Assembly (NCBI GenBank): GCA_034780895.1
Contig: JAUZTB010000077.1
Coordinates: forward strand, 7,137,156-7,201,155
DNA length: 64,000 bases
Direction: 5' to 3'
Source: Rhynchobatus australiae
Taxonomy: Eukaryota
Every line of letters starts with the position of its first letter. The stretch's first letter is position 1. The position numbers were made by a program, and so were the translations under genes. The notes under the pieces were generated by a model. That model was not told the origin of the DNA. It searched no databases and saw nothing but the letters and a program-made list of their open reading frames with translations. Shown one piece after another: positions 38,255 to 50,830 of this stretch.

Positions 38255-40173
38255 AGGGATGGTGGGAGGGAGGTGGGGGGGGGGGGAGAGAAACGCAAAC
38301 ACCCACATCGCTTATACTTTTGTGAGCATTTAGACCAGTCGGTATGCCAGTTTCAATCAGATCACTGTGAATAGGCACCAAACAGTGCCGTCTACAACAT
38401 GGCTTAAATGTTGAAAGCAACCTAATAACGTTGCAACTTAGCAATAAGTTCTCCATCTCTACAGTTGGCTTTGAAAACAGCGGCTATTCAGCGGGAAATA
38501 TTTATATTTAGATTGCTTCCAACAGTCTGAAGTATTCTCTGAAGTATACTAAAAATAATTATGTTGATGTTGGCATCTTCGTGTCAAATTGATTTTGCAC
38601 GCGTGTCACTTGGTATTGTGAAACAAAAGACAAGCTGGGGGGAAAGGAGAGGATTGAATGAACAGTAAAATACGGTATCATGCTTCCAAGTGTCACTTGA
38701 CTCAGTGAGACCCGAGAAGTTTTTTTTCACACTGTGCCGAGAGAGCAGAGGTGCGAACCGGGTTGAATAGACCTGCTTTGTACTGTTGAGAGTCAGCAGT
38801 AAAGCACATTAATGCCACAGTCCGTTAGCTTCTAACCGAAGCGAGGACCAAGACACCACTGCAATCATGATAAATAGAACTATCCGCAAGGCATGAAATA
38901 CTCTCTTTGTTTTATTTTATATTTTATATATTATATTTTATGTTATATATACATTATATATTTACTAATCTATGCCACTAGCCTTAATGAAAGTCATGGA
39001 CGTATTCATCCAGCACCATCTCTCAGTTCATTAGTTTTCGCATTTAATTTAGGTCTCGGCTCCATGCAATACTGATGCTAAAAAGATTTACAAAACGCTC
39101 CATATAATAAAAGGGTCTCTCAGAATTGTCACAAATTATCAACATCGCTTCGCCTGATGTGTATAATAGCATNNNNNNCAAGGAAGATTAGGTAAAATCA
39201 TATAGTCTACAATTACAGTAACAAGAATGAAAAATGATTGATAACTTTATTATGCTTGCACTGCGCCGGGTCGCCACTTTTCGTAGGCAGTGTTTCAGAT
39301 ACATGATCAGAAACACAAAGTACGCTCAACAAATGCAACGAGCGTTTTGTTTTACGGATTTGCAAGATGCTGAACATTCTAGCGCGGTCAACAAATTTAT
39401 TTTCAATTGTATTTAATATTTATCATGTCGATGTACCGTTAAAATAAGCACACATTGACGTCCCTCTTATAACTAACCCCAATTCCTGAAAATTAATTCA
39501 TTTAAGATCGACTAAACATATGCAACAAGCGTGCACATCATTTACAATCTTTATCTACTTAAAATATTACATTTATATTTTGATACATCATAATTACACG
39601 AGATAATTTGCACGATACTCCGTATTAAATGTCATGCTTTTTGTTTTATTCTGTAACCCACAACTTGAACCCATGTTAAAGTAGTTTTGCACCAACGATT
39701 CACTTGGCGTTAACTTTCTGAGACAATGAATGATGGAGATTAGGAACAGAATAAATTAGGTCAGAACGAAATAAAAAAAACGGGTCAAAACAACAAGCGT
39801 TATTGATACAAAATAACATTTAAAACAGATTTCTGGGAAATTCGGATTTAACCCGCCATAGCTTGAATGCTTGAATAAAGTTGTTTTAGGGTCAAAAATG
39901 AAATATGCACCAACCTGCCTTTTTTCAGGTTACAAGCTCGGTACTGATTTGTTGCAAAATAATTGTGTATGCCGCATAATAAAACTTATAGCCATGATGG
40001 ATGCTGGTTCTAATTAATAGTTCGATGCGAACAAGGTGAAGTTCTATTTTATGCGAGACAGATAGATATTACCTAACTTCCACCCACATAAACATCTCAA
40101 GTGACAAGTATTGTCCCACACGCACCACGAAATCAGAGGAATTAACCTGTTTTATCTTGTATGTCACAGGTGA

Positions 40174-40392
40174 ATGATGGAACTTACCCCTTTCTCTAAG
40201 GGACTATGGACAGGTGACAATAAATTTCTGCATCACCACTTCACTGACATATTAACAAGCGTGCACATAACCCGGGAGATCCCTGAAGATGCGGTGTTCG
40301 GTCCCTGCATCCTCCAGAACACCTTTTACGACACAATCGCTTTCATTGCCTTGAAATCTTCAGATCGGAGAAGTGTACCCTACGTGTTCCGG
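40174..40392 (+). CDS. ZNF488: ZNF488 / PRDM8-like, coding exon 1 (PR/SET N-half)
   Basis: MMELTPFSKGLWTGD...IPEDAVFGPC...YDTIAFIALKSSDRRSVPYVFR resembles the PRDM8 N-terminus; 219 nt; donor CGG|gtaagc; acceptor cacag ending at 40169 implies an upstream 5'UTR exon. Confidence 0.88.
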
Positions 40393-40781
40393 GTAAGCGC
40401 CCTCTAACCCAAGACGACACGAGTCTTAAAAGTTTCACGTTGGGAGCTAATTGTCTGTGACACTTGAAGAAACGTCAAACCACGGCCCAACTAGACGAAT
40501 TAACAGTTTCGCCATAACATAAAGTTAAAAGTATCCTTTTGAAATTATTACGATGTCGATATGATCGAAACTTGGAAGAGATTTCTTTAAAATCCTAAAT
40601 CATGATGGGTATCTCCTAATGAAGATTGGATTGCACATCAGAACTATGTCAGAAACAATTGAAAGATATTTTGCATAAATTCACACCTTCGTGAGATTTG
40701 GGTCATGAAAAATCGATGAAGTATTTGCAGGATCCGACCTGAATTATTCAAGGAATTGATTAAAAGTTTTCTTCCGTGCAG

Positions 40782-41013
40782 GTGGATGCAACTGCGTTGA
40801 ATAGTTCCACGGACGGATTGTCTTGGTTGCGACTGGTACAAGCGGCGAACAACACCAAGGAGCAGAACTTGGAGGCTTACTTGAAAAGCGGACAACTGTA
40901 CTATCGCTCCACGCGGAGGATTAGAAAGGACGAGGAGCTCTTCGTGTGGTACGACAGCGAGCTTTCCACGCTCCTCGGCTTCACTGACATCAAAACCCGG
41001 ACTGGCTCGAACA
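40782..41013 (+). CDS. ZNF488: ZNF488 / PRDM8-like, coding exon 2 (PR/SET C-half)
   Basis: tgcag|GTG...A|gtgagt, 232 nt; WLRLVQAA..KEQNLEAY..LYYRSTRRIRKDEELFVWY is a PR-domain signature. Confidence 0.9.
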
Positions 41014-42721
41014 GTGAGTAACCTTGACACCATCCAAAACTTCAACCAAAATAAAAGAAAGTGTAACGCAGTTTACCGCCAGCGGGATTGAGTCCTACCA
41101 AAAGTCAACACCGACGTTTGTTTATATTGATTTACCATAAATAGATACTCAAAATGAAAAAGGGAAATTAAATAGCCCATATTCGATGAAAAGGCCTATA
41201 ACCTGATATGAGAACATTTTTTTTTAAAAATGTATTGCTTTTTGGAAGATTTTTTTTTAAAACGACTATTGTTTAGTTTTAGAATAACACAACGAGATTA
41301 ATATATACGGCCAACTACATTTCGATTGCTAAGATAAACCAGGAGGCGATCACACCAGATTGCAGGGGAAATTGGCGCAAACCAAAATTGACCAATTTAG
41401 CACTGATGGGCATTGATTAGCCAGTGAAAACCACGCGAGAATGGATAAGATAAACTTCATAGTATTAGGTAGGCTGACATACAGGTTTAAGGCCGTGGTT
41501 AGAAAGTTTAGAAGAGGTGTGCGTTACAATCAGACGTCACTTTGCTTACGTCACTGGGTTAAACACGGGCAATACGTCACACTTTTTCAAGGTGTTATAA
41601 CTTTTCATCATTCGTACCGTTCTAGTTAATGCAACTCCTCATTATAGTTAGTATGTTAGGATAACATTGTTAAACATGAAGGTGCTCCCGGAAAATCTGA
41701 TCATCTAAGGAGGGGTTGGCCTTATAATTGGTTAATTGTAACTGCTCAATCTTCTCCCATATCGCATAGGACTAGGCGCTGCTGAACATTTCTGTGTAAA
41801 GCTACAAGATTATTCAGGTCCTACTTGACATTCACCATGCTATTACTATTAATGCATCGGTGTGCGGGGGTGAGCAGGAAATGTACATCCCGCTTAGCTT
41901 AGAGTAAAAACGCGTTTAAATATCTTTATTACTACTCCCACTGTGTGGTTTTAATTGTTATTTGAATGAGGTGTCAACAGCAAAAAAAAAGTCCCAATAT
42001 AATAATTGCTTAGATCCCAAATGTACCAACTGGACACATATTGTGGCCGCCAGCAGTTTTGACAGAACTGCCTGTTTTTGACAGAATAGCTGTCGGAACC
42101 AAAAATCTCACATTTTATTGAGCTGTAACCAAGACCATTGAATTTGTTGATCTTCTCGCTCCTAAACCAGAAAGCCGGGTGTTCGTGTCACACCTCCGGA
42201 GACTCGAACACGCCAGAGTTTGGTGCTGTACTCAGGGCGGATTCTAAATCTGAGCTCCCCATTTAAAAAAGTCATGGAGTTTTTTTGAAGAAAAACGCCA
42301 TTCTNNNNNNNNNNNNNNNNNNNNNNNNNNNNNNNNNNNNNNNNNNNNNNNNNNNNNNNNNNNNNNNNNNNNNNNNNNNNNNNNNNNNNNNNNNNNNNNN
42401 NNNNGCCATTCTTCCGGGGGAGGGGAGGGGGTGGGGGGGGTAATGATGTTTATTCATTAGCCGACGTCACAAAGATGTACTCGTATCTGCCCCTTTCCTC
42501 ATTCCTGTTTATGGGATCTTGCTGTGTACATATTGGCTGCGAGAATTCCTATATTACAACAGTGGCCACATTTCAATATTAGCCGTAAAGATATGTGGCG
42601 TGTCTTGGGATCTTAAGAGGCGCAATATAGATACAGGATTTTCCTCTCAGGCTAAATGAATATTACTGCAGTGGCACGCGTACAAAATGAGATGTTAATA
42701 ACATGTTATTGTTTGCGGTAG

Positions 42722-43905
42722 CCTTCAGATGCACGGACTGTGATCAGGAACTGAAGTATGAAAATCCATATTTGGCCCATGTTCGATTCTTATGCGGGAA
42801 GAGGAAGGATTATCTCTGGCGAGATTTTCAGGCCCTTGGTTTTGGTCACAGTGGCGTTTTTAAAGACCCTTCCAAGGACACCGAGGTCAAAGACAAGAGC
42901 AGGGTGACCAACTTTCACAGGATCGCCCATGATCTGGAACATTCCAAGAAGAAATCGGCGGCACAGGACGAGGGGCGACCGTCCTCCGAAAAACACCCCA
43001 ACAAGCGGAAACAGGACAGTGCAGAGGAGAGCAGAAGCAGGAAAACGGTCTTATTGGAGAAAACAAATAACTTGGTGTGCGTTCAGGGAGGAATTTCTAA
43101 AGATGACCCAAGTGTTTTCCCGGCGCTTGCAGTTTCCGTCTGGAAACTTAATTCTGAGAAGTATTTATTGAAGAAGGATTCATCGGAGCATAAAACAAGT
43201 GCATTTACTGAGGTTCGTCGACCGCGTGAGAAGGCCAAAGCTGATAAACCAGATGGCGGTGCTAAAGACGATACCCTCGACTTATCCAGGAAAGTGGGTG
43301 CGAGAACAGACGTGGTTCTCAGTTCCAGCGGTAGCGCCTTCTCCTCAGTTTTACCTTCTGGTGTCAGAGAGGAGCAGAAGAGTGCGTTCTGCCAGCCAAG
43401 CAGACGAACTGGGGAAGGGCCCCCTATGCTTCTCGCCCATGCACTCCATGCTACTGCTGAGGGCGCCGGGGATTTATCTGATTCTATCGCTACAAGCCAT
43501 CTCCTGGGCCCCTCTAACCTGCTGGGCTCCAAATCGATCAGCACCGATCTTGGCAATTCTCACATATTACACGCAAGCGTTACAACCAACAGCCCACTGT
43601 TGTACAGCACTGACATGTGGCCAAAACCGGTTGGCGTGCAACTCCAATCCACATCGTCGCTGACTCTGCTCCCGCCGTCCTACACGTCCTTTGGCGTTTC
43701 AGCTCAGAACTGGTGCGCCAAATGCAACGCGTCCTTTCGAATGACTTCTGACCTGGTGTTTCACATGAGGTCCCATCATAAAAAGGAATACGCGACCGAC
43801 TACCTGAACAAGAGGAGGCGGGAGGAAAAGTTGACATGCCCGATATGTAATGAATTTTTTAGAGAGCGCCATCATCTATCGCGACATATGACCTCTCACA
43901 ATTGA
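42722..43905 (+). CDS. ZNF488: ZNF488 / PRDM8-like, coding exon 3 (C2HC finger + two C-terminal C2H2 fingers)
   Basis: Phase-1 acceptor ggtag|CC; CTDC..HVRFLC; QNWCAKCNASFRMTSDLVFHMRSHH and LTCPICNEFFRERHHLSRHMTSHN* are the PRDM8/ZNF488 C-terminus; total CDS 1635 nt; adjacency to RBP3 favours ZNF488. Confidence 0.9.
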
Positions 43906-44106
43906 CCTGCGAATTCAAACTGAAGGAAGTGGATTTCAAGGGCTTCCCTACAGTCTGAACTGAAGAAGCCGGNNNNNNNNNNNNNNNNNNNNNNNNNNNN
44001 NNNNNNNNNNNNNNNNNNNNNNNNNNNNNNNNNNNNNNNNNNNNNNNNNNNNNNNNNNNNNCAATTTTAAATATTAAAAAAACCGAAATTGCAATTTATT
44101 TAGACT

Positions 44107-44112
44107 AATAAA
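44107..44112 (+). terminator. Candidate polyadenylation signal of ZNF488
   Basis: AATAAA ~200 nt after the stop codon (a gap intervenes). Confidence 0.35.
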
Positions 44113-47100
44113 AGAAATTAGAGTTATGAAAAGGTGCCAATCACGTCAAAGGTTGTACTTGTAGGATAAGCGGTTTGAATTGGCGTTTAATTAACTGTAC
44201 ACCACATGGAACGACTATGATAACAAGTTCCCGCTTTTCAATCTTTGTTAAATTAGAGTAACGGCCATCGATTCTGCAGTTGATAAAGCGGCCTGCAACC
44301 TGTACAATTATTTCTGTTTGGATAATTAATTTTGCAGAAAATCTGTACCGGCCTCCAATTAACGTCACAATGCATATTTTCATTCTTGAGGTATACAATT
44401 TGACATTATACAAGCACAAGATGGAGAAGGTTCAAATAACCATTGGCTACACCAAACTAATGTCTGTCTATTCCATGATTGCGTTCGAAGTATAAACACA
44501 TAACTGTTTACTCTTGGAAACAGTCTAGTTCATGCAGTACTCCACGACGCTGAGTTAAAAAATGTATGGGTAGCTCGTACGAAGTGCTACCAACAGGCAA
44601 TCTGCTGGAAGAACTCAGCGGGTCGAGCAGCATTTATGGCGGGGAAGGAATTGTCGACGTTTTGGATCGAACCCCGAAATCAGGACAAAGCGCCAATGTA
44701 CAGTGAAGATTGTGCTATCGATGTGTCTAAATTAAAAGCTTCACCGATAGGAACGTCAGACGATCCAGAGAGACCCACCCGTATATTCATCAAAGGCAAC
44801 ACTCTATCTGCCAATCATACCAAAGGCGAGCGGAGCAGCAGAACCATTGGTGGGTGGTGTTGAGGAGGCGCTGGGATCTTTTTGTTTCGCTGACTGAGTT
44901 AAAAGTTTTTTTTGTTCAGGATATTTGCATATCTGGCGGGTTCAATGATTACGATAAAGAATGGCATCTGAGTATTCTGCTTCATTTGTTCTCGCTTTAT
45001 ATTTTCCGGATTTCAGTTAGAAGCAGACCCATATTAAACTGAGATGTTTTGCCTTGGCACGGTGTGAATGTTAACTGTGTTGAATGAGTTACGGCAGTAA
45101 AGTTTTAACGACCATTTGAAGAAGAAATATATTGTCCCAGAAATTGAGATTATTTCTGGGTTTGAGGAGATATCTTATGGTCTGCCATTCAGCCGGTCAC
45201 AGGTCTGGTGGTTGTACATCTTGTGTAACAATATGAATCACATTTCAAGCGACGATTATTGAGAGATTTATCGAGGAACAAAATGCAAAACTATTGCTTT
45301 GTTTTTCCCATATGAAATATAACGGAGCAGAAATCATAACGCTGAACATTGGAATGCATGAGTCTGTGGATAGCGTGTTCGACCATACAAATCAGGGGCA
45401 GGAGTCGGCCACTCGGCCCTTCCAGCCTGTTCCTCCGTTTAGTAAGGTCACAGCTGATCTGACTGTATTCCTCGTCTACCGGGGTAATCTTCAATCACAG
45501 CGTTAGAAGGGCTTTAATGGCACTGCCAGTTGATCAGAATTCGTGACAGAGCCTTCAAATTAGTACCTTTGAATTCGAGATTAATCGATAAATCTATTTG
45601 AAGAACATTATATTGATTGTTCCATTCAGGAGCTATATTCAACGTGGGTAACCAGACTTAAAACTGGACCTTTTAAAAGGTAAGAACGTGCATAAACATA
45701 GCGCCTTTCACATCTCAGTCAATATGATTAGGTGCTAATTTAGAAAAGTTACAAAACGACAAACACTGTAACGATATGCAGTGTGTTTCCCAACCCAGAA
45801 TTAGTGTTTTATTCGGCAGTGAATGCAAACAATTAATCGCAATTGCCTGGTCAACTACATTTCAGAGATTATTGACGCTCTCTCTGAGACTGTACTAACT
45901 TCTCCAAATCATTCCCTATTCAAAGAAGCCATTCACTTTATTGAGACGCAGCCTAGTGGCTGGTGAGCGACGATATTATTTGGCTAAATGATACAGGGCG
46001 CCACTATTAGCCGAGAGAAAGTGAGAAGAGAGGAGGGTAATATTCGAGTGCACAGCATACATTGACTTGGTCGGTAGAATTCAACAATAAAGCTCGTAGC
46101 CGCACTTAACAGTATTGTTTCCGAATCGATTCCTTCGCCATATTTTACACTATTAAATGCACGGAGGGTCACTGGTGGGTTTGGGAGGAAGATAGGGCCC
46201 GAGAGCTGCGTTGCCGGCATCCTAACCCCTGATTGGACTGTAAAGGGTTAAGGGACTGACGAGTGGCAAACTCCGCTGGTTTACTGGGGACTAACGGCGA
46301 CCCGGGGAAGCTGAACAGAACATAATTAAAACAGTGACGTGCTTCGTCAAGCTAATGAGTCCAATCGCCCGCCCCCGAGTGCTATAATTTATTCCTGGGA
46401 ATACGAAACCATGCACCGTGTTTAAAGCAGCAGCTTTTAATAATGAAATCAATAGGGGAGGAGTAAGAAGGTTCAAAGAGATCTGGGGAAAGAGACATCA
46501 CCCAGAGGGCGACTGGAATCTGGACCGTGCTGCCTGGGTGATTGGTCGGAGGAGGCAGGTACTCTCACAACTTCTTAAAGGTATCCAGACGAGCAGTTGA
46601 GTCGCCAAGGCATAGAAGACTACGGAGCTAGTGCTGGTAAATGGGNNNNNNNNNNNNNNNNNNNNNNNNNNNNNNNNNNNNNNNNNNNNNNNNNNNNNNN
46701 NNNNNNNNNNNNNNNNNNNNNNNNNNNNNNNNNNNNNNNNNNNNNAGTGCTGGTAAATGGGATCAGTATAGATGAGTAACTGATGGTCGGAATGGGCAGG
46801 GTGGGCCGAACGGCCTGTTTCTCAGTTGTATGATCCTATGAAAAACATTGCCCGTGCTGGAAATTAGAATTTCGAACTGTTGGCCAACACTCGCCGGGCC
46901 AGGCGACATCTGAAACCAAAGATCACCAGTTTGAAATGTGAATTATTCCCTCTATATTTGTTAAAAAGTCACCGACTCTCATCTTGGGAGAAGATCTTTG
47001 TGGAGATTGCGAACAGATTGACGAATACTTTAATATTATTGGGCAGGAAAGTTTAGTGAGAAAGGCAAACAAAATTTGGAAAGGTAGGTTTAACCAATGA

Positions 47101-48019
47101 AATTTTCAGCACCAAATAAAAGGACAGGTGCATTTACACAATATTCAAATAGCACACGTCCACGTGACGTTGTATTATCTGAATACCTTGTGGTCGCATT
47201 TTAATTTCCGAATGTCAGAGGTGGAGCCGTCCATTGCACGTTGCTCAGTTCCAGTCACAGTTTCTCATATAACGAGGCAGTTGTCACTTGGCAGGATCTG
47301 GACAACAACCAGGCCCCGACTGGTAAGTGGCACCTAGTACTTATAGCGCCCAAGTACCAGATAGTGACCAATCCCAACAAGAGAGTCCAATCTCTTCCCT
47401 GCGTCAAACCCCCAATGAGCCCCCACCGTCAAACACGAGGGGTCACCTTTGGCCAGAAACAGTACTGGATGTCACATTAACGCCCTGACCACAAGAGCTG
47501 CTCAGGAGCGGGCTATCCCGTCGCAAGTGGCCAACCTCTTCACTTCACAAAGATGTTCTCATATCTTCAAGATTTAAAGCAAGAGCGATGGAGTGCTCTC
47601 CATTTGCCTGGATCCAATCGCTCAAGGAATGTGACACAATCCAAAGTAAAGCAGCCGCAACATCTACCACGTACCAATGATTGTGTCATGGCTGCAACGT
47701 ATTGCAGCTCCACAATGCAAGGAGCAGCACTTACAGTTTCTTCAACAACATCTGTCCAAGCTGCCGCCTTACGATCAAAAACAAGGGCAGTCGGGGAATG
47801 GGAACAGCGCTACCTGAAGGCTCCTGTCCGGCTACATTTATCAATCCGGAGGAGCTACCTATGTTATTAATAATCCACGACCGAGGAGATTCATTATGCC
47901 AGACACTTTCTCAAACTTTTAGTTGCAGGTTATCAAATCTGTTTGTGTTGGTTCACTTGCATGCAGTTTCCCGCATTATTTTATGGATGAGGTATTGTCT
48001 TTAGGTTTTTACCTGGAGT

Positions 48020-48330
48020 GTGTTTTGCTGTGCTGTGGTACACAGATAGACTTGCTGCCTCACAGCTCCAGTGGCCCAGTGCTGTCTGTGTGGAGATTGC
48101 ACGGTTTCCCTGTAACTGCATGTTTTTCCCCTGATGCCTCGTTTTTATTCCCCCACATCCCAAAATCGTGCTGGTCAGTAGGATAATGAGCTACTGCAAA
48201 TTACCCCTAACGTGAGTGGGTGAGGTAACAGAGGAAGTATTTGGAGGAAAGAGATTTCTAGGATTGCTCTGAGAGCCAGCATGGACTCGATAGGCCGAAT
48301 GGCTTCCTTCTCTGTCGTAGAACAATATGT
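48020..48330 (+). mobile_element. V-SINE (HE1-like) copy
   Basis: CTGCCTCACAGCTCCAG..GCTGTCTGTGTGGAGATTGCACGGTTTCCCTGT..CCCACATCCCAAA and a CR1-derived 3' tail GGCCGAATGGC. Confidence 0.7.
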
Positions 48331-48379
48331 AAAGGTGATAAAGTATTATGTTCCGTAATTGCTTCTCATGTGGATAATA

Positions 48380-48950
48380 CAGATGTCAGCAGACAGCGTT
48401 TTAAGAGCAGGGAGAGTATGTTAAAACCGTGCCAACAGGCCGCAGGTTTACTGGAGGACCGCGCACAACTGTGGTCACCACGTTGAAGGAAAGATGCGAT
48501 TGCACTCGAGACGGTGCAGAGGAGATTTTCCGAAAATGTTGTCAGGACTGGGGAACTTAGCTATGAGGGAAGATCAGATAAGCAGAGTCATTTTCTTTTA
48601 AACAGAGGAGACTGAAAGTAGACTTGCACGATAGGTCCAGGTCGAGTATATTAGAAAGAACCATTTCCCTTAGCAAAGGAGTCAGAAACGGGGGGGATAG
48701 ATTTAAGGTCATGGGTTTAAGGATTGGAAGCGGGATGACGAAACAAATAGCAAACCTGGAACTCACTGCCTAAAAGCGTCGCAGAGTCAGAAGCCACGAT
48801 CACCTTAATATAACAACAGGTGTATAGTGGACGGAGGTGACCTGCGCGGCTCCAGACCTGATGCTGGAAGGTAAGTTTAGACTGGGGAGCTCTTGATTGG
48901 AGAATATAATGAACCGAATAGCCTTTCTCCCCGATCATACATTCCATAAC
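48380..48950 (+). mobile_element. CR1 3' fragment
   Basis: LWSP..RKDAIALETVQRRF motif and a CR1-like 3'UTR. Confidence 0.65.
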
Positions 48951-50285
48951 TGTCTTGGTTGAAGAATTTGGGTTAGAACCGGCTTCTTAAGAACAGTAGG
49001 GTTGAGTAATAAACGCTGGCATTGCCACATCTCTGGAAGGAGTGTTAGAAGTTGGTATTCATTGAACAATCCAGCAATAAATGCCATGTATACGTTACGT
49101 CAAACTATTCTTTCTCCACAAACTCTTTTTGGAAATAAATATAATTTTTGATATTGCGTGTTTACCGAGACAATTAGTGGTTCCTCCCACTCCCCGCCAA
49201 AAAAATCACTGCTGATTTTTACAGATCATTTTGGGCATTCAAGATTTTATTTTAGGTTCTTCCTGGTAAAATACCGCGTTACTTTAGCACAATCTGAAAG
49301 AAGCAATCTTCAGTTACGGATCACTTGACTCCATTCCATGGTGAAGCCTTGAGGCATCAGTCTTCCTTCTCGGGAGCTGCAGTTTGAGTTGATACCAAAT
49401 CCAGTATAATTTCTGTTCCACTGATAGAATCCATTTCAAAAGAAGACAAATCACTCTTCACCCAAATTTAGGGTCACCTGTCTTATATGAAATAGTGATA
49501 TATAACTTTAACCAGGCCAAGGGAGTTCTGCAACACATCCTACCAAAGGGATCAATTGTACCAACGTTTCCTCAGCCCTTCAATTTAAGGTTATTAAAGC
49601 GATTTTTGGCTCATTCATGTCCTACCTGTATTTATGGGTAATGTCATTTTCTTTAGATCCAGATCTACAGTGTGTTTTACAGAGTTAAATATCGAGTTAC
49701 TAAGACCTATAACTGGTACTCATATTGACAATAAAATCAACAGCAGACAACACTTTATCGAGGTTGTATTGACAGGAACAGCAGACACTGGGTTCACTGC
49801 TTCCCGGACACCCATAGCAGAGCGACGCTTTCAGCAAACGTTCTTAGCTTGAAGCTGGTTCGCAGAGTGCCCTTGAAGTAATATTGCCTCTGTATTCTGA
49901 AGCATTGCCCTGTGTTCCAGATAATGGAAGTTGGAACAGTCGTGCAAACTATAAGAAAGCAAATAGTGACCAACCTAAAAACAAGTACATCAAATGCAAG
50001 AAAATAAATATCTCAACCAAGTACAAACAAGGCAAACAAAATGAGGGCAGCTAATGGTGCCAAAATGTCCTGGATTGACTCTCCAATAGAAAAGCACACG
50101 TCAGACAGTCAGTGGGGACTTGTTCTTTCACCGTGAGCGACATCAGCTGAGAAATGAGACTGCACTCATATCTAAAGCATGGAGTCTCAAAACTGAGATT
50201 TCACCCGCTAATCCCAACTCTAGGCATTCTATTCAGGAAACTATTAGCTACTTAATTACACGCTTTGCATTTATAGAGGAGTGAA

Positions 50286-50611
50286 TTAGGTACGTCCGTG
50301 CAAGTGGCTTCTCAGAATCTCCTTAGCTGTGTCCAGCGCTGTGGCAGCGGGCACCTCGATGTGAGGTGCGACTCCGGCTCCTTCCCAGAATGTTCCATCC
50401 GGACTGGACGACCTGACGGTCGGCATGGTCAGGTAAAGGTTGGTGTCGTCTACATGGTAGGTTTGTGGAGGGTGACATCCGCCGCTCGTCAACTCGCCCA
50501 CGATGAGAGCTCTTCCCACTCTCTTCATCACGAAGGCGAATTGCTCCGCGGCTCCCGAGGTGACGTTGCTTGTGAGGACGATCAGCTCCCGCTTGGAACC
50601 ATACCGCTCCC
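50286..50611 (-). CDS. RBP3: IRBP exon 4 (to stop)
   Basis: aag|GG GAG CGG TAT; [14 protein letters not shown]...[22 protein letters not shown]...HLHGRT*. Confidence 0.96.
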
Positions 50612-50687
50612 CTTGACAAAACAGAACAACGATTAGAGGGGGTTGTGTCCAAGAGCGAACACTGAAGCAGACGTCTTTTATTCTTAC

Positions 50688-50830
50688 CTGCCAACCATGG
50701 AATGGTCCATATTTCGGAGGTTGTGTCAATAGGTCTATTATAAACTGTATCCAGGAGCACCGGGTTTCCATCGTCAAAGAAATAGGAGCACAGGACTGGG
50801 ATAGAAGAGGTAGGCCCTCCAATGTTGTTC
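50688..50830 (-). CDS. RBP3: IRBP exon 3
   Basis: tag|G...G|gtaag, 143 nt, [47 protein letters not shown]. Confidence 0.95.

Noticed and set aside
38005-38456. ER/SL dipeptide ORFs
   Set aside because: Artefact of the (GA)n microsatellite
42790-43837. Antisense and alternative-frame ORFs within ZNF488 exon 3 (similar ones within RBP3)
   Set aside because: Shadow ORFs of GC-rich coding sequence; no recognisable motifs
46630-46761. Direct repeats flanking N gaps (also at 42297-42412 and 61565-61706) resembling TSDs
   Set aside because: Overlapping contig ends separated by placeholder 100-N gaps
49246-49251. Possible RBP3 poly(A) signal (AATAAA on the minus strand)
   Set aside because: Common hexamer in AT-rich DNA; cannot be assigned without transcript data
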